Origin: Patescibacteria group bacterium
GTDB taxonomy: Bacteria; Patescibacteriota; WWE3; UBA101185; UBA10185
DNA: 64,000 bases
Reading direction: 5' to 3'
NCBI GenBank assembly: GCA_018825365.1
Contig: JAHJEV010000004.1
Location: 27,527 to 91,526 of the forward strand
Under the pieces are notes generated by a model. It was not told the origin of the DNA and did not search any database. It was given only the letters and a program-made list of their open reading frames with translations. The position numbers were made by a program, and so were the translations under genes. Positions within the stretch are counted from its first letter, which is position 1, and the number at the start of each line of letters is the position of its first letter. Positions 53,101-58,645 of the stretch are shown here, piece after piece.

Positions 53101-56076
53101 GCAGGGGGAGATGGAGGTTCGGGTGGTGGTGCGGGTGCGGGTGGTGGTGTGTATGCACATGGTCACGCAACTGGTACTCCGAGTAGCCAAGGTCATGATG
53201 GGGGCATAAACTATAATAGCTCTCCTTATCCTGCTGGTGGTGGCGGTGGCGCAGATACAGTAGGTTCAGATGGAACGTCTAATGGAGGTGGAAATGGGGG
53301 CGCAGGACTAACATCAAGTATTAGTGGAAGTTCAGTAGGTTATGCAGGTGGGGGTGGGGGTTATAGTCAAGATACAAAACCTCCAGGAACTGCGTCCCAT
53401 GGAGGAGGAGCAGGAGTAGGGCAAACGGGCACTCCCAATGCTGGCACACCTAATACTGGCGGAGGCGGCGGCGGCGGACAGAATGGTGGTGCAGGTGGTT
53501 CCGGCATTGTCATTGTCAGATATTTAACCAATTCTTTAAGTGCTTTCAAAATCACCCAGCTCGATACCAACACGGTACGGCTCTACAACTACTCCGGTAC
53601 TACTCAAAACTTACGGCTTGATGTCATTACCGGAGGATTGGGCCGAAACGCCGGCACCGTGTCTTTGGCGCCGGCTGCCGCCGACGTTGACAGCCAGGAT
53701 AACTCCAACAGCATCTGGATCAACAAAACCGGAGCCGGGGGCTTGCTGCTCAAGCTCCAATCTGCGGCTGCGGATGTTCTCACTTTGGCCAAGAGCGGCC
53801 TGATGACCTTGGCCGGCAGTTTCGTTCCCGCTACCAACGATACCTATGATTTGGGTTCGGACGCCTTGAGATGGCAGTCTGCCTACATCGGGCCCGGGAC
53901 AGTGCACATTGGCACCTCCACCGCTGATGAGTACACTATGTCATATGACACAACTAACAACCGCTTGGGTTTCAATGTCAACGGTTCGGGCGATGCGGAA
54001 ATCGTCTTTGATTCCTCCGGCAACGTCGGCATCGGGACGACGGGACCAGAATCTAAACTACATGTTATGTTTAATAGCGCAGGTACAATCACAGGTTTTT
54101 CCGACGCATTAATTGTTGAAAACAACGCGAATGCTTATTTGAACCTCATTGGTTCAACTTCTGGAATAAAGGCGATTACTTTTGGAGACCCAACTGCCGG
54201 TGTGGTAGATGGTCAAATCACCTACAATGCCCTCGCTACTGACATGCTTGACTTTCGTGTTGCTGGTAATTCTGTAAAGATGGTGATTGACTCTTCCGGC
54301 AACGTCGGCATCGGGACGACGACGCCTGCAGCTAGAACACACATAGTCAATACTACAGCTACCGCACTAAGGTTGGATGTAAATGATGCATTTTCTTATG
54401 CGGAGTTTTATACTGGTGCAACATATCGTGGAAATATAACATATCAGGCGGCAAGTACTGCTTTGCGATTGACTGCTGGAACAGCACAGAACTTACTCTT
54501 AACTGCTGCGGATAGTAATGATAAAGGGATATTTATAAAAACAGACGGCAATGTCGGCATCGGTACAACAGCTCCGAAGAACAAGCTAGATGTATTTGGT
54601 GCTATGGCTATAGGGTCATACGCAGGTGTGAATACGGCACCGAGCAACGGGATGATAATATCTGGCAACGTCGGCATCGGGACGACGGGGCCGGGGGGCA
54701 AGTTAAGCATTTATGATACGTCAGCCGGTGCTAACGATAGGGTACAGATAGTCAGCGATCTAAGTTCGAGCGTGGACCAGTTGGTACTCCATCATTATGG
54801 GACGGCAGGAACTCAGCTTGCGTCATTTTGGAGAGGCAGGGGCACTTTCTCTTCACCAACAGCTTTATCGAATGGTGATGCAATCGGTCAATTTAATTTC
54901 GTAGGATATGACACAAGTAACACGGCTCAGACAGGGGCAGGATTCGGGGCAGTAGTAGATGCGGCTCCAGGAGCTGGAAGCGTTCCTATTGCAATAAGAT
55001 TTTTAACAGGTACCACAGGAGGTGGGACGGAACGGGTCAGAATTGATAGTACCGGCAACGTCGGCATCGGGACGACGGGGCCAGTGAGCTCGCTAGAAAT
55101 AAAAGGTCCGAACACTGTAAATACTCCGCGCTTAACGCTCAACCAACTTTATAACGCAGGAGCGTCGGCGTGGGGTATTGATTTCACTCGCACCTACGAC
55201 ACCGGTGGTGACGGACAAAACGCGGGGTACATTCGTATTGGCCGTGCCGGGGGAACCTCAAATTCGGGTATGTTTTTTGGGCTTGGTGACCAAGGTACAG
55301 TCGCAGATAGAATGACTATTCTTCCAAGCGGCAACGTCGGCATCGGGACGACAGGTCCAGGGTATACATTAACAGTTGCAGGTACTGCCTGGGTTACAAG
55401 CGGCGCCTGGTCTGGTTCGGATGTTAGATGGAAAGAAAATATTCAGCCTATAGCAGGAGCCTTGGACAAAGTACTGCAACTCTCCGGAGTTTTCTATAAC
55501 TGGAGAAAAGACGAGTTTCCAGAAAATAAATTTGATGACAAAACTCACTTGGGGTTAATTGCTCAGGATGTAGAAAAAATTGTTCCCGAACTGGTAACCA
55601 CAGGACCAGACGGCTATAAAGGTCTTGATTATAATGGATTAGCGCCTCTTTTAATTGGGGCCGTACAGGAACAGCAGGGGCAAATCTCGCTGCTGTCAGG
55701 ACAGCTGGTAAGCTTATCAAATATCGTCCGTGTTGAAGGCTCGTGCGTTACCGGTGACACATTGCTTCCCATCCGCCGCCGACGCAAAAGTCTAAGTGGT
55801 CTGGAATCCGAGGACGACAATGGGTTATTTGATTACCTGTTGATCCGTATCGATGAAATACTACCTGGCGATGAAGTCTCGTCCTTAAATGAGTTTACAG
55901 GCTCTCTAGAATGGCATAAAATAAATGCCTCGATGGATATGGATATTAAGGAAGTTTTTGAGCTTACAACCAAATCAGGAAAAGTAATCAGGACAACAGC
56001 CAAGCATCCTTACTTAACTTTGTTGGAAGATAAATTGGAAGGTAACCCTGTAGTTAGTAAAGAAGGAATAAAATAA
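44182..56076 (+). CDS. giant membrane-anchored fibre/adhesin-like protein: MerR-type HTH, TM, GNVGIGTT beta-repeats, Gly-rich domains, peptidase S74 chaperone, intein N-half
   Basis: VSQAAKILGISPSSLRRFE...YRTY; TM at about 44737-44793; SDVRWKENI...GLIAQDVE; S|CVTGDT...TTAKHPYL. Confidence 0.9.
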   Translation: MSLPAQENAQRNNDTKYDFQRFGSLKVSQAAKILGISPSSLRRFEKEERITSERAPGNNYRTYRLDLVNRLKAELQNDGTNKQLLVKRKKLRKTQKYSPEKINTGLIKTKPGIIPSPAPVFNMDIPSAPYHVKPYVPVSPSLEKLDESIKTKGDKEENLNLPEVVPSYEKIVTYKPAVAKLSLGRVFALISTLVLVSTILIFPVNFSKVLSDFRSKVQNGLVNAKNLSNVLSTLNFGSKKLAEKKSTAPSELLANVLAASARVSNYVYNINIPVFFKKPATFEDTLTAEQLATFNAAITTTNVTFKGTGLINNLLGIDVVTKTTLERDLDIDGQITSTGMGDTVISKGIITGPMLNSNITYSGKFNFSGTIALKGTTITSTAAELNQLAGLSYESGGIFYGDGTGFYQDTSYLFWDSTNKNLGIGTSSPTATLEIISSGTGTSTSTLWTKNSTGTTGLFVQNSGNVGVGTTAPATALEIGGSGNLRIGGLTALSGVYTDADKTLVSTPPTSGTLGYWQRNGTYVSPATITDNVGIGTTAPSALLEVNGTSWLRGGTAPTSGLFVNSSGNVGIGTTNPGAKLDVRGGLNTGTNGTEFTVSDTGIVTAATSFLAPTFDTATGVAMNIGTATQTALTLGRAGATTTINGSGLTVGPTAWTATPTISGLITATSGLTANGALTANSTFTLGDDGDLGSIDTSDWNITTTGAMTGISGIANDGAYTQSGTSANTFTGTSTFSNATYSAFFTGGNVGIGTTEPGSKLEVAGTFTVSGSNLTTLGGNLTVTGTTWTATPTISGLVTMTSGFDSNAASTVSSLTIDANTGNALTISGTGFTTDITLQNGETIDNDTDGTILLTAPTTKTSGNLYAGTSGTGTITSGLINGQTISSAANFTGTGIFASTLTASNGLTLTTGALNLTSTSGTVNLATTFNQVGATTINTSGTANTTIGNTAGGTITIGAASGSDLALNDAQWSITGAGAANFTGLTSSGTITFSGLTASRGVFTATGGQLATSATSQYLIDSLSDETGSGALVFSNSPAITTPTITTSATVPLLIGGTAANSTLTLRSTSGTGITGADILFQTGNNGATEAMRILNSGNVGIGTTNPQYALEVGGSGNVRIGGLSASMGVYTDANKQLTSTPPTSGGLGYWTRSGTTLWPTANTDNLTTLGNIGIGTTSPTSSLHLNASAPSGIIFNLAYGASTVIDNDLTGAKFNLDDGTVVATNQNITGLEVKLPTVTNTHTTGTKTLKGFYVNFGTGSGLNQTGVGGTTTYNALHVDLPALTQTAGTLNINGLYVNSPSSITTGGTASGLYINSTGVNAGALYGVNVSNITAGAGTERAINIGSGWDSVLAVNGTVIISGSGVTQTAGGGTGFSTYTKGDVLYSDAANSLAKLGIGTVNQVLSVTAGGVPGWGTMDGTSCVNCLISNPTGDQIIAPTGQGTTGLVVRQTSTSSPTDDIFAVTNSAGDNKYFYVDYAGVVNIPSIGSSSGDQLTIEPGTDKYALKLLGTNVAANSLQLIDSYNTSGTIFDLDYPAARTLSGALVGMDIDLSTNLTVTNQSVTAQKITLPTFTNTNTTGTKSYLGMQIAPPGAGGVNQNGIGGTSEYILADLTMPALTQTAGTLNAYGVKIITPSSITTGGTAYGVNINASGVGAGTLYGMNVSNIAAGAGTERAINIGTGWDYGIYSETTGNSYFAGSVGIGTTNPTAALDVAGGIKATTFNGNIISTGTGTLTLGASKTLTVNDSTVLNTNTVTFGGTEILTLTAGKNVTFADSFTTSGSNSLTLTTTGSTNTTLPTTGTLATLAGIETFSSKTFSGNTYFPGSGIWDAGGNIGIGTTAPKNKLDVFGAMAIGSYAGVNTAPSNGMIISGNVGIGTTGPGATLHVQKGAGVTAVSDSNAVFQLTSDGNASNMWFNIKTGANGGTNGTFGFAEAGTIKGGILWDVANASFNLSSDVNTTATSRQVIIKAGNVGIGTTGPVANLHIVGSTLFGSLAVADKVTGGNIGTAAATVDIYTSFNLSQATAGQTITLPDPTNTTAGRLVYLSNTGSATFTFYNSTVKVGDTTAAIWDSDSWNLAGGGGLAQGTVDNATLRWNNSTTQWVENTSILTALNPTAVGSYGLSVGNSGAVAGTGYGIYTTKTGGSTTNVALYASASGGAANYAAIFDSGNVGIGTTAPTYKLDTQLASNGIIARFSATDASLLIGADASGGYIQPGTVDKTTIYQSNGTSAVVTVDANKVGIGTTAPSTKLDVNGTITSQTGAVNSNVADSSTAIAFLLASNNTLSTQGAKLLSLKNASTEKFYIDKDGNLYTAGTILAGNGTGILMINKSGGTVAKRSLVVIDITTNSAFATTTTAYAKSSFGVITGVGLGVAYDADGDGACDAEDVCMVAVGGEVEVLLTNASTAVKGDYIYTSATAGSGVSSAKQFDGLIGIVSNTAGSASGYGKMIFKVQPQVSGSQFLTKEDTALANGGYVEIVHNQSTNDVVTNGWVYNTTTSKWEIVGDSGDAIGGTVTYKDGYTIHTFTSSGTFTPVSAGNVEVYAWGGGAGGGYNAGAGGGGGAANGTVTVAASSYVVTVGGGGLSRAPDAGPGPAVVGGGGLAGNLGYGGQGGGLSGIFIGSSSQVNARLMAGGGGGGAYEGANGGAGGGTNGVAGGNGLDAGGGGGTQSAGGTSVSSTGSALQGGSSGAQGDGGGSGGGGGGYWGGGAGSNTNPGSAGGGGAGFYNPTYASSVTLTAGSGTTPGDSGNSLRGSAGNGGAAGNNAGTAGIVIVRYLTNSLSAFKITQQDTNTVRLYNYSGATQYVRLNVIPSGGGGSPGGGAGLYTNNNASVANGSYIDVAHNQNTADLVSNGWIYNTATSKWEQIDKDSSDATGGTITYSGGYTIHTFTSSGTFTPPNNGNVEYLVVGGGGGGHTGGGGAGGYLTGTDSLSATSYNVIVGATVGAYTTGNNSSFNGKIASGGGLGGNVGEAGGDGGSGGGAGAGGGVYAHGHATGTPSSQGHDGGINYNSSPYPAGGGGGADTVGSDGTSNGGGNGGAGLTSSISGSSVGYAGGGGGYSQDTKPPGTASHGGGAGVGQTGTPNAGTPNTGGGGGGGQNGGAGGSGIVIVRYLTNSLSAFKITQLDTNTVRLYNYSGTTQNLRLDVITGGLGRNAGTVSLAPAAADVDSQDNSNSIWINKTGAGGLLLKLQSAAADVLTLAKSGLMTLAGSFVPATNDTYDLGSDALRWQSAYIGPGTVHIGTSTADEYTMSYDTTNNRLGFNVNGSGDAEIVFDSSGNVGIGTTGPESKLHVMFNSAGTITGFSDALIVENNANAYLNLIGSTSGIKAITFGDPTAGVVDGQITYNALATDMLDFRVAGNSVKMVIDSSGNVGIGTTTPAARTHIVNTTATALRLDVNDAFSYAEFYTGATYRGNITYQAASTALRLTAGTAQNLLLTAADSNDKGIFIKTDGNVGIGTTAPKNKLDVFGAMAIGSYAGVNTAPSNGMIISGNVGIGTTGPGGKLSIYDTSAGANDRVQIVSDLSSSVDQLVLHHYGTAGTQLASFWRGRGTFSSPTALSNGDAIGQFNFVGYDTSNTAQTGAGFGAVVDAAPGAGSVPIAIRFLTGTTGGGTERVRIDSTGNVGIGTTGPVSSLEIKGPNTVNTPRLTLNQLYNAGASAWGIDFTRTYDTGGDGQNAGYIRIGRAGGTSNSGMFFGLGDQGTVADRMTILPSGNVGIGTTGPGYTLTVAGTAWVTSGAWSGSDVRWKENIQPIAGALDKVLQLSGVFYNWRKDEFPENKFDDKTHLGLIAQDVEKIVPELVTTGPDGYKGLDYNGLAPLLIGAVQEQQGQISLLSGQLVSLSNIVRVEGSCVTGDTLLPIRRRRKSLSGLESEDDNGLFDYLLIRIDEILPGDEVSSLNEFTGSLEWHKINASMDMDIKEVFELTTKSGKVIRTTAKHPYLTLLEDKLEGNPVVSKEGIK
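49798..55077 (+). repeat. dispersed 24-bp direct repeat GGCAACGTCGGCATCGGGACGACG
   Basis: exact copies at 49798, 50095, 54019, 54298, 54664 and 55054; near-copies at 45883, 49681, 54547 and 55330. Confidence 0.9.
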
Positions 56077-56205
56077 ATGAGTAAATTTTTAAACAGTTTT
56101 TTAACTAAATATCTCACGATTACAAGAGGAAGTGCCAAAATTTCCCAAACTAGTGAGATTGGGACCTCGCCAATCCGTGAGATGGGGGAGACTAAAAATC
56201 TATGA
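56077..56205 (+). CDS. 42-aa coupling micro-ORF (MSKFLNSFLTKYL...)
   Basis: ATG directly follows the giant gene's TAA; its TGA overlaps the NYN ATG. Confidence 0.4.
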   Translation: MSKFLNSFLTKYLTITRGSAKISQTSEIGTSPIREMGETKNL

Positions 56206-56780
56206 AAATTAACCAAAATATGAAAAAATTCCAAAAAACTCTGGAATTAAAAGGCAAAACGGCTGTCCTCATTGATTGGGCTAACGTTCACGGATGGGCA
56301 GAATTGGGTCACTCTGAAGTTAATCTAAAAAAGTTGTTTAAATACTTAAGAGGGTACAAAAAGATTAAAGCAATAAATCTATATTTCGGTAAGGATACTC
56401 ATCCAAAATCAAAAAAGTTTTTAGGTGAAGCGAAGAAAATAGGTTTTAAGGTAATCACAAAACCAGTTAAATATATCAAGGTGGCTGTATTCCAAAATAA
56501 ACCAATTTTCCGACGAAAGTGCGACTTTGATATGGAAATTTGTATTGATATTCACAAACATTTAAGCCAAAATTATGATAGTTTCATTTTCTTTTCTGGC
56601 GATGGGGACTTTGAGCCTCTTTATAGACTATTAATCGAAAGACATAAACAGGTTATTGTAATATATGGACAAGGCCATCTGGGAAGGGAGATTTACTCAA
56701 TAAAACAGGGGTTATATAAACTCGATATTAATAAGTTGGGGTCAGTAAAAAATGACCCCCCGGTTTCCCGGAGGGCGTGA
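56202..56780 (+). CDS. NYN domain (LabA/DUF88, PIN-like) protein
   Basis: VLIDWANV, KCDFDMEI..D, FSGDGDF. Confidence 0.9.
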   Translation: MKINQNMKKFQKTLELKGKTAVLIDWANVHGWAELGHSEVNLKKLFKYLRGYKKIKAINLYFGKDTHPKSKKFLGEAKKIGFKVITKPVKYIKVAVFQNKPIFRRKCDFDMEICIDIHKHLSQNYDSFIFFSGDGDFEPLYRLLIERHKQVIVIYGQGHLGREIYSIKQGLYKLDINKLGSVKNDPPVSRRA

Positions 56781-56906
56781 TTAAAAGTATGTTAACAAAA
56801 CTAGCCAGAAAAGTCAAATTAGGAAAGATCGGCAAAGACCGCTTAACTCAGGAATTTATACCTGGCGATCAGCGATTCGAGCCGATTAGTAGGTAAAGGA
56901 TAACGT

Positions 56907-58232
56907 ATGTCTAAATTTTTATCAAATATTTTTAATTTAATGAAGGCCCATAAACCTGGGGTCCCCGACCTCGCTAAATCGCCTATAGGTGGTGATGTAC
57001 CAACTACACCGAACAAGCAAGACGGACATCTCACCTCCGCTCAGGGCAAGCCCATAATGGACTCTTTTGCCTGCCCTTACTGCGCAAGCAAACACTTTGT
57101 CAGAAGAGGTTTTAGACAGAAAAAAATGGAAAAAGTCCAGCTTTATCTTTGCCTGGAGTGCAACAAAACCTTTACCCAGCATATAACCCGCGGCAAACAC
57201 TATCCTTTACCGGTTGTTTTCGATGCTATCAGCACTTATAATCTTGGGTATTCTCTGGAAGAAACCTGCAGGATAATTAATAGCCGCACCGCCGGCGTTA
57301 CGTCAGCAGTTTCCGAGGCAGGTCCCGCACTTTCGGCATCGACTTTATCAAATTGGCTTAATGAAACATCAGAGCTCTGCCGATTTGAGCGCATGCGCGA
57401 ATATGCCCTGAAAAAATACTCGCCAGAAAATATGGTTGTTACCGCAACTCTCGCCCACCGACAGCTTTACCGCTACCGCTTCCATAGAGCCAAATGCGAA
57501 CTTATCATCACTGAAGATTTTAAACACCACCGCTTCGGGCCTTTGCAGGAATTTCTAGAAATGGTGCCCAGTGAGTGTCCGCACCAATATTTCCAAGAAG
57601 GCTTAAGGGCCAGTGAAGTGCCTTTGACCTTTTCCAAAACCCAAATGATCGTCAGAAGCAAGCAAAACTACGCCACTGCGCTTGCCACCTTTATCCTGCA
57701 GTCGGTCAAGGATAGAAAACTGCGCCATGACGCTATACAAAAATTTATGCTGGCCAACGACACGGTAACTGTCGCCACTGAAGTACCGGTTTACTTAACC
57801 CACGATGATTTGGAGCATTTGCAGACACAGCTAGGGTTTGAAATATATGACTCCCCCATTAAAGGAGCCCGTTCGGCCGCCTTGGAAGTGTGTACCGACC
57901 TGCCAAAATTAATCACTGGCCACATTGACATACTGCAAATAAGAAACGGCCAGATTCATATTTTGGATTTTAAACCTGACGCCGCAAAAGAACAGCCGAT
58001 TGAACAGCTGACTTTGTATGCTATGGCGCTGTCCAGACTTACCGGTTTAAGATTATTCGAGTTTAAATGCGCTTGGTTTGATGAAAAAGACTATTTTGAA
58101 TTTTATCCATTACATGTTTTACTTAAAACAAAGAAAAGTCAGAGACGCCGAAAAGTCTATACCATGGAAGGAGTTTATAAAATTAATCAGGATGAAAGAA
58201 AGGTAACAGAAATTAAACCTATACACCTATGA
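56907..58232 (+). CDS. Zn-ribbon/HTH plus PD-(D/E)XK (RecB/Cas4-like) nuclease
   Basis: CPYC...CLECNKTF; ATEVPV...GHIDIL...ILDFKP...QLTLYA. Confidence 0.8.
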   Translation: MSKFLSNIFNLMKAHKPGVPDLAKSPIGGDVPTTPNKQDGHLTSAQGKPIMDSFACPYCASKHFVRRGFRQKKMEKVQLYLCLECNKTFTQHITRGKHYPLPVVFDAISTYNLGYSLEETCRIINSRTAGVTSAVSEAGPALSASTLSNWLNETSELCRFERMREYALKKYSPENMVVTATLAHRQLYRYRFHRAKCELIITEDFKHHRFGPLQEFLEMVPSECPHQYFQEGLRASEVPLTFSKTQMIVRSKQNYATALATFILQSVKDRKLRHDAIQKFMLANDTVTVATEVPVYLTHDDLEHLQTQLGFEIYDSPIKGARSAALEVCTDLPKLITGHIDILQIRNGQIHILDFKPDAAKEQPIEQLTLYAMALSRLTGLRLFEFKCAWFDEKDYFEFYPLHVLLKTKKSQRRRKVYTMEGVYKINQDERKVTEIKPIHL

Positions 58233-58645
58233 CCTATCAAAAATCATACAGCCCTAAAAGACCGGTGAAAAGCTTCCAGGATTTGGAAGTGTACCAAAAG
58301 TTATTGGCTCTCTCAGTTGCTGTAGCCAAAAGAGTCAAATCCGAAAAAGTGACTGCCATTGCCTTAGATTTGCCGGTTAAGATAGCCACAGCTCACTCAT
58401 CGAGATTTGGTGATCAGACAAAGGCAATTTACGCTCTGGATGAAGTAATGCTTAATTGCAATCTGCTTGTTGTTTATTTGGAACAATACCGGGATATTGA
58501 AAATCCGTCTGCTAAAGAGGCAGAGAAGATTGAATCTGAATTTTTTGAGGAGCAGATTAAAAGTCTTTTGTCAGTCAGAATGAAAATTTTACATTTACAA
58601 AATTCGTGGAAGAAATTCGCCAAAGAATATGCCAAACAAAAATAA
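58229..58645 (+). CDS. four-helix bundle protein (23S rRNA IVP / Avd-like family)
   Basis: SFQDLEVYQK N-terminal signature; all-helical, 138 aa. Confidence 0.75.
   Translation: MTYQKSYSPKRPVKSFQDLEVYQKLLALSVAVAKRVKSEKVTAIALDLPVKIATAHSSRFGDQTKAIYALDEVMLNCNLLVVYLEQYRDIENPSAKEAEKIESEFFEEQIKSLLSVRMKILHLQNSWKKFAKEYAKQK

Noticed and set aside
49681-55352. 24-bp repeats as a CRISPR array
   Set aside because: Spacing is irregular (hundreds to thousands of bp), the repeats are in-frame coding sequence, and no cas operon is present.
44583-55820. Many minus-strand ORFs within the giant gene, and similar shadow ORFs across the window
   Set aside because: They are antisense shadows of Gly/Thr-rich or housekeeping codons with no independent motifs.
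56907-58232. IS1/IS1595 transposase
   Set aside because: Only the Zn-ribbon/HTH resembles IS proteins; the catalytic domain is PD-(D/E)XK and no terminal inverted repeats were seen.
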